Positions 25,116 to 38,283 of a DNA stretch of 64,000 bases are shown here, one piece after another (position 1 is the stretch's first letter; each line of letters opens with the position of its first letter). The translations under genes were made by a program, and so were the position numbers. The notes beneath the pieces are model-generated. The model was given only the letters and a program-made list of their open reading frames with translations, made no database searches and was not told the origin of the DNA. The DNA lies in NCBI GenBank assembly GCA_021613535.1, contig CP075496.1:620001-684000 (forward strand), written 5' to 3'. Origin of the DNA: Adineta vaga. Taxonomy: Eukaryota; Animalia; Rotifera.

Positions 25116-26348
25116 TGCAATATTTTCATGTACCTTTAGATTCTTTTCATATCGAATGATTGAAAAGATTCTTTCTTCTTTCTTCTCTCTTTTCTTTTTC
25201 TTTTGTTTTTTTCATACGAAGAAAAATGGAAATTTAATTATACAGAAATTGTAAAACATAGGCAATGGAGAATGATAGAAGATTTATCTACAGAGAATGA
25301 AATAACGTTTTCATTAAAAAGTTTATTAAATTTTCAAATAATAAATGTTCTTTTTTATCCAATAGATTTAATAAAATAAGTTTGATTATATTATTTACAC
25401 GTTCAATAAATGATTTTTGTTTTATTTCATTAAAAAATCGTTTTAATTTTGATAAAAATATCTTGGAGAATCTTTATAGATAATTCAAATGTTATTCTTA
25501 AAAAATCTTTCTATAACAACATGTTGATTTACTTGGAAAGAAAATCTTTTTCAAATGTTTCTTATTGATTAAAAATCTTTTTTTGCGTAGAACAAAAACA
25601 AAGGTTGACATGAAATGTGAGAGAAAATGATTGTTTCCATTCGGAAATGAGGAATTCTAATAAAAGCACAATATAAATCCCAGAGGTAGTCTCTACTTTT
25701 TTTTGTTTTAGTAAAAAAACAACAATTGAAACGACTTTTTCTCTTCTATTCGATAATAAATGAATAAAAGAATCTTCTTTTGTTTTCTTCTCAATCCTAT
25801 AAATATGTATGTATTCATTAAACGATGAGTTCTATTTTATTAGTTTTCTTTTTGATCAAATGAATCAACAAAAGACAAAGTAAACGATGTCATTTTCTGT
25901 TTGATCATTTTATGTAAACAGATTTCTATTAGGAATATTGATTAATAATAGATATTAGTTTCGGAAAGAAATATCAGCAGGAATCTATTAATAAAGAAAA
26001 GTTCTGGCTATTATCTTTTGAAAATCTCTATAGAGTTGGAAGTGTTACTTTCTTTTGAATAATCTTTTTGTTTTTCATTATTTATGAAAATGAAAAAGAT
26101 ATTTATATTCTAATTGTCATGTCTTCAAGATTTTATTGTCTTATAACACGAACTCTATTGATTAAAAAGAAGAAAAAGAAAAAGAAAAACGGAAATGATT
26201 TGTACTTTTCTTCTTAATCAATAGAAAAGAAAATCTTGTTGTTTTCTTCTTCTTCTTATTTCTTTTATATTAAAACACGATCGAAATAAGAAGAAATATT
26301 TCTTCTGATAATCAATCTGAAATCATTTTCTTTTCCTTAAGACTTACA

Positions 26349-27216
26349 ATGATATACGGAGTGGGTTTTAATATTCTTTTCTTTCTTACATCAATTTTAA
26401 CTCTTGTTCTTGCTAATGGTAAGTTTAAATTAATTTCTTTTCAGAATAAAATATCTTCTCATTTTAATTTAGGTCAAAATTCTCTGAATGTAAAATGTGA
26501 CGAAGATACAATAAATATGCATATGCTTCAATGTTATAAAGAATTTATTGATGGAACAATTGATGTAACATCACCTGAAAATGCTTATTATATGGAAGGA
26601 GCATTACTTTGCCAGTTTGTTTTATTTTATATGAAAGAAAATGTCTTTGTTCGCTTTTTTTTAGAGCTTATAATAAAAGTTCACCGTATCGTCGATGTCT
26701 TTATTCAATATTTGAACCTGATGAAGTTTGTTCAGCTGATCGTTTTCCATTTTCATATGAATATTCAAAAATCTATTGGAAATTGGTTATGAGTTCATGT
26801 GGTGTTACAACTGGTACGAAAAGAATCATCTTTTCTCTTTTTTATTTAAAAAAGAAATCGTCTTTTTTTTTTCTAGGTGGATCTTGTCATCCATCACGAT
26901 TAAGTCAACAAGCATTGATTAAATGTCATTATTCATTTGATGATAAATATCCAACAAAATGTCGGTTAGTTAAAATGAATAAAAAAATGTTTTTCTTTTT
27001 CTTTTCGAAAAACTTCTTTTCTTTATCTTTTTAAGAGAATTTTTAAATTCAGTTCAATGTATGGAAAAACATGAAATGGATTTAATTCCATTAACATATG
27101 GATCTGAATGTTCAAGAAATAAAGCTTTTTATTATTATTATGGAGATCTTGCTGCACGTCTTCAATTAGCTGTCAATGTTTGCGAACAAGAATCAGCTTT
27201 GTCTCAAAAGAAATAA
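26349..27216 (+). CDS. Secreted Cys-rich protein of unknown function (5 exons)
   Basis: A signal-peptide exon and four further exons join in frame through GT-AG introns. About 12 Cys; stop at 27214-27216. Confidence 0.65.
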
Positions 27217-27916
27217 AACAATTCATTTGATTCCAAAGATTTTCTTCTTTAATTTCTTCATTAATAAAACATCTAACAATTCCTTCATCATTCAAAATAG
27301 TTTTTGTTTTGTTTATCGAATCATTTGTCTTCACATTTTCATCAAAGTGTTACATGATAAAGAGAAAGAAAATAGAGAACATTGATAAAAATAATCAACA
27401 AATAGAAAATAGATTCGAATGTTCTTGTTTGAAAATAAACTAAAGATTTATTTCAAAAGAATAGACAAGAAACTAGATAAATAAATATTTCGAATAGTTT
27501 TTCATTAAGTTAAATAATTTCAATTATTTGACTTTTGTAAATATTTTAAACGATAGATTATATTTGAAAGGAAGATAATTTTACTGATATATAAATGAAT
27601 GTTTATAAATTACAAAGTTGTGTTTGCAATTCATTGGAATCACAACAGACTTGATAATTGTTTCATTATTTGTATAATCATAGGATCATAACAGTGCGAG
27701 TTAACATTAAAAACGAAGAAAATACATGTGAATTTATCGCGAAGCAAGCGAAAGAAAAACAAAAAAACAACAGTTACAAATACGAAGAAAAAAATATATA
27801 TAGAAATAAAAGAACAAGTTATTTAGATGCGTCCATGTTACCTTGAAATTGGTGACGTGAATATTAGACTACTAACATCCTAATTTTCATAATATATTTG
27901 TGTTACATATACATGT

Positions 27917-28016
27917 CAAGCTTGAAATTTATATTCAATTGAAACTTCATGTTGACTATTTCGAATCAGGGCGGGCGCGGATGGGGAGGAGATTAAATCC
28001 AAGTTTCAAGCTTGAT
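27917..28016. repeat. Short inverted-repeat element (TCAAGCTTGAAA...TTTCAAGCTTGA) with a G-rich core
   Basis: Terminal inverted repeat read directly. Similar fragments occur at about 23747-23822 and about 14230-14260. Confidence 0.45.
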
Positions 28017-30054
28017 ACTACTGTTCATATGTTTCAATATTTATATCGAACGAAATTAAATGGATAATTATCATGATTTGATGGTTATTAGTTAATGAGT
28101 TCCTGTTTCAACTGAAAGTTATTCGTTTTTATTGTTAAGATTAATCATAATTCTTGAGTATGCAGATGAGAGTGGTAAGAGTGATTGAAAATATAAATCA
28201 AAATTATGAAAACACATTCAGTTATATTCTGATTCAAACGCGAAGAATTACACGTATAGATTTAATATAGATAAATACAATATTTTTGCAATCGAACGTC
28301 TGTGATAATATAAATAAGCCATACCTGATTACATCATTAGAAAAGAAATTCAAAAATCGTAGATAAGATATTTTTGAATTCGAAAAAACGGTCTCTTTAA
28401 AAGGGACACATTAATCATCAAATCATCAGTACAGAAGAAAGAGCTGACATCGATCGATTATATGGATACAAAGGTAAGAAAACATACGTGACCGATTTTG
28501 ATCAAAGGAACGTCGATTTGGACGTTTTCATAGTCGCTGATGATTTCAGTATAAACAAGTTAACTACAGAAAACATAAATTAATCGATGACTCGTTCGAG
28601 AAAATGCATGTATAAAGAAAATAAAAAACATTGCAATTCATTAGAATGACAAATAAAAATATGTATTCAAAGAAAAGGGATGATTCTTCAAATAATATTT
28701 AAGCGAGTATAATAGACTAATACATAGGCTTTTGATTGGCACAGGAAAATCACATGGTATAGAGAGAAAACTAATAAATGAAAATAAAAAACGGAGAAAA
28801 AAAACGCATTCACTACAGCCTTTATATAAATAAGATTCATAATTTGGATATTCATGTTATTATAACCAATCACCAGTTATACGGACGAAAAGGTAAGTCA
28901 ATGTTACCAATTTCCAATCATCAGAATAACAATTTAATTAAAACATAGTACATTGCTCTATTATTAACAATTGCAAAATGTCGTTTGATTGAAAATCATA
29001 CTGAAGTTTTCAAAAAACAAATCTTCTATTTATCCCGAGAAGTGAACACCAACAGAAAACTAATTTACCCTCATAAACCATCGTGTTTCTTTGCCGTTCC
29101 TTCATACTATTTTATTGGCTAGAATGATACTAATATCTCTATATTTAATAATAGAAATTGTATAAATTCTCTTTTCTGAAAAAAAGAGTTACAGGGCGTT
29201 AAAAATGCTTAAAGGTTTTTTGTTTGAATAATCCAATCAGAGTACAACAAAATGTTATCCTTGAAAATTCTTTGTATTTTACCTCAGAAAACATTGAAAC
29301 CGAGGTAATCGGAGTCGAGGAACACGAAACTGATTTTAGTTCTATAAAACTTTTTTGGATCAATTTTTTGTACTGGAGAAGTTCTCTTTTCATCAAAATA
29401 ACGATTTGTTTATGAGGATGGCTGAAGGATTAAATATTAAATAGATGCGTAATTTTATGCAATTGTCAACGGGAGAATTATTTCCTGAATTGCTATGCAT
29501 AGAATACATTATGGTGTGACTCCTCAAAGATTATCGTTCTTTGGAAATTTTATCATGAAATTTTTTCTTGTAAAGGCTCAACCAAAACTTAACAAGTCAC
29601 TGTTTAAACATATTTCTATACTAATCTTGTCAGAATATTAGACACGTAATAAAGAACAAAGAAAAATTCTTAAATTAGAACCGATCTCAAAAAGACATGC
29701 GTCAGGACAGTCCAACTGGGTTTCTAGCAAAAACTGTCAAATGATCTTCTAACTGAGATTGATCAATTTCACTAGGCCTCAGATCGATTGAATGGCGTCC
29801 AGTCTTAATTGGGTACATATAATGGTCTTTTAAATTTAAATATGTATTTAGAAAAAAAAATGGAATTTATTTCGAACTTGGATCAGGGAACATCTCCGAT
29901 CTGCGGCATATGTGACACCACTGTAAGGGGGATTTTGTGTGAAGTCATGATTTTTTTAAAGGATATGAATGTGCAGAATACTCTTCTGATTCTTTCAGAA
30001 AAAGGTTCACGAATCCACCGGATGATCTTTATTTATCTGTTTATTTCTAGTCAA

Positions 30055-33000
30055 ATGGCATCGAATTCATGGCCGTCATTAGTCGCTAGTTTATTCGTCT
30101 TATTTTGTATCGGCTTAGTGGGAGGTACTATTGTTATTGCTCTCATTCCAGTATATCTGCAACATTGGGGAGATGATATTGATATTAACACCAACACCAG
30201 TAAGAACTATTTCAATTCGTATTACATATGAATACAATTTCATTCTTTACTTATTCAGATGCACAAGTTTATGCTTTGAGTTATATTACAAATTCGAGAA
30301 ATCCAACTTCATACTCAATAAATAACATGAATGCATTAAGTTTACAGGTAATTTATGTCATTTTTCTTTAATATTTTCTAATTCTTCATATTTTGATTAC
30401 TAGTTAAATCAAGCCTTGAATCTTAAAGAATTGGTAACATTGACAGCTAAGTATGTTCCGCCGACGGATAGCAACAGAAAAAAAAGAGCGTACGTTCGTT
30501 AGTAAAGTTTTTATGAGATAAATTTTGTTTTATTGAAGAACAACTGAATGTGCAAGCGGACGAAAACCAACAAATGGCATGTTTGAAACTGAATTTCGAA
30601 TTGACTACTCGAAAGTATGTCGTACACAAGCATGTCAACAAAACCTGATCGATAAAGTTGTTTCACACATCACGACACTTTTTCCATCACTCCACATATC
30701 ACTTAATTTATCCAACGATACTACAATCAGTCTCTCATTGAATTACTGCTTGCTACAATCAGCAGTTAGCACAACTACAACTCAAAGTACGTATATGCAT
30801 AGTTTCAATAGTATCACAACAATTACTAATACCATCCTAGTTTTTCATACACTCTATATAACTATATCACTCTAACTAGTTTATAAAATATGTCGGAAAA
30901 AAATCAAATGAGGTTCTATATCAATGTTTATACATGTTTCATTCGGTTTTTAGAAACTTCAACAACAAAAACTGCCAATCAGCCAAACACAACTATATCA
31001 ACTACTACACCGACAATAGTTACAGCTACAACTACTACACTGACAATAGTTACAGCTACAACTACTACACCGACAATAATTACAGCTACAACTACTACAC
31101 CGACAATAATTACATCTACAACTACGACAGCAACCTCAACATCAACGTCGACAACAACAACCGGTAATTAATGATAGAATCACAATGACTTGCGCATTAG
31201 TTACCTTGTTTATTTATCATAAGTTGTTCAGGAAATACTTCGAAATGTACAGAAGTTCGACAGGAGGTACAGAGAGTACGAGATAATAATCGACACCAGC
31301 ATTCATATAATATTTTGAATTATTCATAAATAACGATCGTCGAGGAACACTTTCTCAGCGTTCGACTAATTTTAATATCATATTATATCTATCGAACCCC
31401 AATAATACGCTTTGAAAAAGGGTAAATTCGCATTAGGTTACAGCACCATCCGATTGCACCCAAATATTTCTACTTGAGACCGTAAACATAACGAATAGAA
31501 AGTTCGAAGACGAAAGCTCGTACTGAAGATTAAAGTAATATTTTTGGTCAATTTCATGGTCCTGAATTCCAATCGATCGATTTCATTTTCATCGAGTCTC
31601 ATTCGTCGATTTTTTTAAAATTATGATTTGACCTTTGATCCTATACGATGAGTCATACAAAAAACGTTTTCTTCATTTGGATGCCTTTGGCCTTTAACCG
31701 TAACACAGAAAGATAGATACATAAACTATTTTTTTCATATGATCTCCCTTTCAGCCAAGGGAGTAATTATAGTTTGTAAAAGCATTTGTTTTCATTTTTC
31801 TTAGTACCACTTTGTTCAAATGGAATTAAAGATCATGATGAAACTGATATTGATTGTGGTGGTGTGACCTGCAGTAAACCATGTGCGCTCACTCAAGTGT
31901 GCGCAACCAATGCAGATTGTGCCAATAACAACTGTCATACTATACAGAAAACATGTCAAGGTCGGTGAATATTTTCAATAGTATTTTTTCTTTGACCATT
32001 TACGCATAAAGAATACAGATGAATTTGATCACGGCATATTTAATAGAGAAACATATTACCCGAAGATATTCTTATCTCTACAAAAGTGGTACAAACGGTG
32101 TATCACTCGCCTTTAGGGATTTATGTTTAATTAAAACCTTTCTGAAATTATTACTATATTAATCTAAAACATGAGATACCTCTGGAAGTGCATCACAAAA
32201 GCTAGATCTTTGTATCTAGTTTGCGTATCAATTATTAGAGAAACGCCGATAAATAAAAGACAAAGTCTTATGTGAAAAAACTTGGATTATAGCTAAATTT
32301 CATACAATAAAATTCTTCTATGACAAACTTTGGTCAGGCGCAGAATGATTTCATATTATTTATCTCTAAGATTAGAATATTTTTTATGAATAGTGAAACA
32401 CCATGCAAAACAAACAGAATGAATTGTGGTATAGATTGAATTCTAACAAGCTAGACCTACTGATTACATACATCGATTTTCGATATAACATTTATGTACT
32501 ATCGGAGAGTAACTATTTTCATCTTTGCAAAGGGAAAATGGATACCGTCAGATTATTTATGGGATCTGAATTTTATTCACTTTCATCAAGGCGAAGAGAT
32601 CTGAATTTATTTTTTCGTTGCAAATCCATATCTATATATATATATACATGTATATATAATGTTCAATGCGTGTTTCTCTGTGTCGAGTCAATGGTTAGGA
32701 GTGAAAGATGAAGAATGAAAGAGCCTAAAATAGTAAAGGTGCGAGTATTTGTGCTTAAAACACAAAAAGATATTTGAATGAGAAATGTAGGATATTGTAA
32801 GAGTATATCATAGGATACATCTATGGAATTGACGTGCATGTACATAGTAAATTCTTGATTGTCTCTACTCCATTAAAGTTTTAAAACAAATTTAAAAGTT
32901 TCAAAGAAAAATAGCCCTGCAGTTTGCACCGGAACTCGCGAGTATTCTATACTGCGAAGAACGATTGTAAGTTTTTATCAACTTTATTAGAGTTTTGTGT

Positions 33001-34099
33001 AATTGAAAACCTTCTAATGAGTTTACTGCGCCTTAATAACCATACTCTGATATTCATCAGGATCTTAAGATGGATAGTATGATTGAAGTTCACGAATCAA
33101 GGGATATCATAATTATTGATGATATATATATATATATATATATTGATTAAATAATGCGTAATTATGTTAATTATTTTTAGAACCATCATGTAGTGATGGA
33201 AATACTAATAACGGTGAAACAGGTGTGGACTGTGGTGGAACACAATCACCACCATGTGTTAGATGTCCAAACAATCAGGGTTGCCTGCTGGATTCAGATT
33301 GTTTTGACGATGATTGCGACTCGACGAATTACATATGTATTTGTTTTTCGGGTGATGAAATAGTGACATTAGCAGATGGTACCAATAAATGGCTAAAAGA
33401 CACTAAAGTCGGTGAGTTCATCTTGAGTGTATCATATGATGGAACACAAATATATTCAACCGAAGTGATGATGATAGCAAATACTCAGCCAAATTCAACA
33501 GGTTGGTATATTTCAATAGATAATTATTATTTGATGAATTATTTCTTCATTTAGCACTTTTCTATACAATTGAAACAGAAAGTGGTCATAAACTGAGTCT
33601 TTCGCCTGACCATTACATGCGTGTTGAGCATTTTGATTATTTGACAGCAGAACAATTAACTTTGAATCATTCTCTTTATATTGTGATGAATGATGGTTCG
33701 ATTCAATCATCTCGTATTCGTACAATAAATCAGGAATTGAAAACTGGTATTTATAATTTATTTACACTTGATGGAACATTACTCGTTAATAGTATTGCTG
33801 CTTCAACATATATTTCTAATGGATTTGGATCACACCATACAAAACATCGTATTTACACACCAATGCGTATTGGTTATCATTTATCAAAATATTTTGGATT
33901 TCTTCACAAGATCTATATAACAAATGAATATGGACTACATTGGATCGTCACTAAATATATTGAGTATCGTCGTGTTTTCGTCTTCATTGACCAAATCATG
34001 ATGCTCTTAATTAACTTTTTATCGATTGAATTCATTACCTTTTCATTTGGGATAATTTATATCAGTATTGCGAAAAAACGTTCTTATTCGAAATATTGA
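30055..34099 (+). CDS. Hedgehog-type Hint (Hog) domain protein, 599 aa: N-terminal TM, RKKR, Thr-rich stalk, 2 Cys-rich repeats, Hint, C-terminal TM. Exons 30055-30199, 30259-30347, 30404-30489, 30539-30786, 30954-31163, 31805-31960, 33181-33501, 33555-34099
   Basis: All eight exons join in phase (1800 nt). Hint motifs: CFSGDEIVTLADG..K.LKD.KVGE.ILSV, FYTIETESGHKLSLSPDH, GIYNLFTLDGTLLVNSIAASTY, then H..YTPMR...GLHW. Confidence 0.85.
31001..31120 (+). repeat. 30-bp coding tandem repeat, about 4 copies (TTTPTIVTAT)
   Basis: Unit ACTACTACACCGACAATAGTTACAGCTACA repeated with few substitutions. Confidence 0.9.
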
Positions 34100-34461
34100 T
34101 TAATTTTATAGAGCGACTGAACTTTTTTTTCCTATGTCTTTTACTTTCGTTATTTGATCCTTTTTGTTCACTAAAGAAAAACTAACAATGATCATATTTA
34201 TCATATATTATTAACATTTTTCTCAACCGAATACATCAAAAACTAACCTTTTCACTTGTCTACAGTTGTTTACATATGTGTAGTTATTTCATCAATAAAA
34301 TGTTTGATCAAAAATATGAATTGATTCATAGTGTGGTTGTGTGACAGAATGGTAGAAGTGATTGAACATGATAAACTAAATTATGAAGATAATCTAAATG
34401 AGATTTTGATTCAAATGATCATGTTTGATCATCTATGTGAATCTACAATAAACTATCAATC

Positions 34462-34522
34462 TTGAGGGTGTAGGTGTGGGTGCACAATAGACAAATACTC
34501 ACGCCCACACTCACACCCTCAA
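34462..34522. repeat. Short hairpin element TTGAGGGTGTAGGTGTGGGTG...CACGCCCACACTCACACCCTCAA (family 2)
   Basis: Inverted repeat read directly. A related copy lies at 38577-38644, and half-copies at about 35693, 35882 and 46148. Confidence 0.6.
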
Positions 34523-34760
34523 TTCACTACATGTCTTCTCTGATTTTTCTTTATAAACCAGTATCATTAAATACAGATCTTATTTTCTTCATCTACCTCA
34601 TCATACAATATAATTCACCTGCATAGAGATGAAAGAGTACATGTAAATAGTGCATTGAATATATATCATTCCAGCATTACCTATATATACAATCAATAAA
34701 AAAATTTGAATATTCTATACCGAATATTTGCACATTCATTTTTAGAAAAACATATTTCAA

Positions 34761-36878
34761 ATGGTTGAACAAGAAGAACAAAGAATTAGTAAAAACGATG
34801 GAAATATGAAAAAGAAAACGAAGCGTAATTTCATCATGATCTGTCTTGCTTACGTTTGTGCATATACATCATTGAATGCAGTTATTAGTTTACAATCGAG
34901 TATTAATTCTGATGCAGATATTGGTCTCTATTCATTGGCAACTCTATACGGTAGTTCATTGATCACATCACTATTCTTTACTACTCCTATAGGCTATATT
35001 TTCGGATATAAATGGTCAATTGTTGGTGGACAACTTGGTGCTATGATATATATTGCATGGAATATATATCCAAAACAATGGTTGATGTTTTTGAGTAAGT
35101 ACAAAAGAAAAATCGAATTAGAGAAAATATGTAACTATTTCTGTTCAGCTGCAGGAATATGTGGAATCTTTCGTGCTTGTATGTTCATGGCTCAAGAAGC
35201 TTATGTTTCTGTCCTTGCTGGTGGTGAGAATGAGAATAATGATGATGATAATGATATAAAAACCAAGAAATATTTTAGTATTTTCTTTTCTGCATATCAA
35301 TCAGGTAAATTGGATCGTAATAACTAATTCGATTTCATTTATATATTAACGTGTTAAATTGTAGCGGAAATCTGCGGTAATCTTATCTCATATCTTGTCT
35401 TACGGAACGTTTCAACAAGCACACAAGCAGATGTCAATCAATGTGGAGCAAATTTCTTAGAAAAAGAACATAAAGAACAAGAGACAACTACTAGTCATAT
35501 ATCTCCAACAATTGTATGTATCTTTCACAAATCATTCTTTTTATTGATTATTTAAGAGATACAAACTATTTTAGACATATATCCTCTTCAGCATATTCGC
35601 TGGAGTGACCTTGATATCAATAATATTGGTAATTTTTTTCCTCGATCAAAAACATGATACTAAAAGTTAATATTAATATTCAAGATTTTTTATTGAAGGG
35701 TGGGTGGTTCGAAGGGTGTGTAGCGCAAATCAATAGAATTTTCATCATTAACCTTGAAAACAATAATCAAACCTATTCATCTGATTATATTTCCACTTGA
35801 ATATTGGACAGAATCGTCACAGATCTTCTTCATGGGATCATTTACAAACGTAAGTTGTACATTATCTATTAGTCAAAAATATTGAGGGTGTACAATATAT
35901 GTATGTTGATGAAAGTACTTAATTTAATTATCTTGAATTGAACTGCTCTCGTACAAAATCTTGGATAAATTTCGATAACAATATCTTAGAACATAATAAA
36001 AGATATTGTATGTCTGAGATTTTAATCTAACAATGGTTACTTTCTTTTTTGTACAGAGTTTCATTACCTGTACTATTGGCGTGCAATACGTTGGTACGTA
36101 TATCATTCTACTTTAGTATAATCTTTCATCTAGTTTTCTCATGTATTTCTAGGACTAATTATGACAATGTATGGTGTGACTGTTACTCTCTCTTCGATAG
36201 TTGTCTCTTTTATAGTCAAACGAAAATACAGTCGTCCAGTATGTTTTGCGATCGCAGCACTGTTGAGTTATACAGTATTCATTGTCATGCTGATATAGAA
36301 ACCAACGTCGTCACAAACTTATGTACTCTTCATTCTTCCATGTTTATCAAGTATTTCAACTGGTATTACTGAATCATTTCAGAATAATGATCGTAATGTT
36401 CGAAAGAGCACTTAAATAAAATCTGTTTGAAATCGACGTAAATATCTGGAAGAAATACAAATTTATAATCACTTTATCTTATTAACAAAATTTAAATTCT
36501 TTTTCCAAGAGAAATTTTTCTTTACTCAATAGGCGTACATTTCTGTTAGATATCTTATTAAACATATAGTACGGAATGTTTTTTTCTTCTTTAGCTATGT
36601 ATAGTTCGGTGTTTCCTGACAAGAAAGATACAGCTTTCTCATTGCTGACGTTCGCTCAAACTACAAGCTGTTTGATACTTCTTCTATACACAACTGTATT
36701 ACGTGTTCGCATACAAATTATTCTCCAACTCATTTATCTCACTTTGGCTATGTCGTCTTATATTATCATTACAACTAAACAAAATAGATCTTCAAATAAC
36801 AATGACAATCAACAAACTTCTGTTCTGAACAATATTATCATGATTCCATCGATTAGTAAAACACTATACATTAAATGA
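34761..36878 (+). pseudogene. UNC-93-like MFS membrane protein with a premature TAG (36296-36298); pseudogene or null allele
   Basis: AVISLQSSINSDADIGLYSLATLYG, WNIYP, QS.EICGNLISY.VL, CGANF, FTNSFITCTIGVQYVG, YSSVFPDKKDTAFS. The sequence MLI*KP has a stop where W is expected. Confidence 0.75.
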
Positions 36879-37402
36879 ACATAACACATCGCAGGAGATT
36901 TATAATTTTTTCCTGTCATACCGATAAAAAGTGATTACTAAATCTCTTTTTTTCGATCATTGATTTATATACGAATCGAATTGATTAATAAATTAGAGAA
37001 AGAATTTGAAATTTTTACGAATCTTTAACTAGTATTTCATTGAATACTGTTTGTTCAATGAATTATAGAAAAATATTTCAAGTTTTGTTCTTTATATTTA
37101 AATTCGAATAAAGCAGTACATGTCTATATTTCAGAGTACAAAGGGTGTGATTATTTTTGTGAGACATTTTTGAAAATGCTTCGTGTCAATAATATTCGTT
37201 ATCATATTTATCAATAATAGATGCAAATATTTTTTCTCATCATACAATTACTTGTCTCTTTGTTTTGTTTGATAAGAATATTAAAGGAGAAAAGACAGTA
37301 CAGATGGTATTGAATCTCAATGATATTGTTCTTCTATTTAAATCTTTTAATTTCCAAATTTTCTTTAGAAAAATCTAATATTGTTGATCGTGAATATTCA
37401 TA

Positions 37403-38283
37403 ATGAAACAATTATTTATGTTTCTCTTGGCAATTTTTACAATATTATTACCTTCAATGATTATTGCACAATATGGTCATTGTGTCGCTCGAAATGGTCG
37501 TAGTGGAGAATGTATAAGTACAAGTCGATGTTCATCTCTTGGTGGAACATCTGATCCAGCAAATCTTTGTCCAGGTGATCAAACTATTCAAGTATATTGA
37601 TTTAAAAATGAGATTATTTTCTTTGTATTTTCTTTATTTTAGTGTTGTACATATCGTGATTGTCGAAATACTCAAGGTGTTGCTGGTATTTGTCAACCAA
37701 CAGCAACATGTTCAGGAAAATCTGATCCAGCAAATCTTTGTCCTGGTGGAAATAATATTCAATGTTGTACGGGTAGTAGTAGTAGTAGTGGTGGAAATCT
37801 TCCATATTTGGATGCTAAACAATCAAACTATGCACGTATTATTGGACGAGCTGCTCGTGATAATGGATTACCATTTCGTGCATGTGAAGTTGCTATTGTA
37901 ACTGCTATTGTTGAATCAAATATTCGTGTCTATGCAAATTCCAAACTTCCTGAATCATATAAATATCCACATGATGCTGTTGGTAAGAATTTCTCTTCTT
38001 TTTTTTTGTATCAACATATACTTATTTATATATATTAATCATAGGATCTGATCATGATAGTGTTGGAATCTTTCAACAACGACCAATCTATTGGGGAACT
38101 ATAAAAGATTGTATGGATCCTCGAACAAGTGCAAATAAATTTTATAATGCATTGAAAGGTGTTGCTGGATGGCAAAGTGTTAGTGTTGGAACAGCAGCAC
38201 AAAAAGTACAACGATCAGCTTATCCATTACGATATGATCAACATGTGGCAAAAGCTACTGCTATTTGTAATGGAGCTTATTAA
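37403..38283 (+). CDS. Secreted lysozyme/lytic-transglycosylase-like protein with two N-terminal Cys-rich repeats (255 aa; exons 37403-37591, 37643-37982, 38045-38283)
   Basis: Signal peptide; two copies of C...G.C....C...SDPANLCPG...IQCC; Ser/Gly linker; then TAIVES, HDAVGSDHDSVGIFQQR..WG...CMDP..SA.KFY..L..V.GWQ......AAQKVQRSAYP.RY. Confidence 0.8.

Noticed and set aside
27658-29415. Several 60-65 aa ORFs and a possible exon remnant near 28400-28472
   Set aside because: No motifs or consistent splice chain; expected by chance in AT-rich DNA.
29809-30054. N-terminal extension of the Hint gene from the ORF track
   Set aside because: An acceptor (TTTCTAG, 30050) precedes the ATG at 30055 and the upstream donor is out of phase, so this is most likely 5'UTR and intron.
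31001-31120. 30-bp repeats resembling a CRISPR array
   Set aside because: The units are contiguous with no unique spacers and encode a Thr-rich stalk; there are no cas genes and the context is eukaryotic.
33342-33811. Hint domain as a self-splicing intein or a true hedgehog gene
   Set aside because: It has no terminal His-Asn plus nucleophile and no endonuclease, and there is no Hedge signalling domain upstream.
12753-36298. Two in-frame TAG codons at expected Trp positions (12753 and 36296), suggesting stop-codon reassignment or readthrough
   Set aside because: TGG is used normally for Trp everywhere, TAG serves as a true stop (gene B), and the Ig gene has other lesions. Single TGG-to-TAG mutations explain both.
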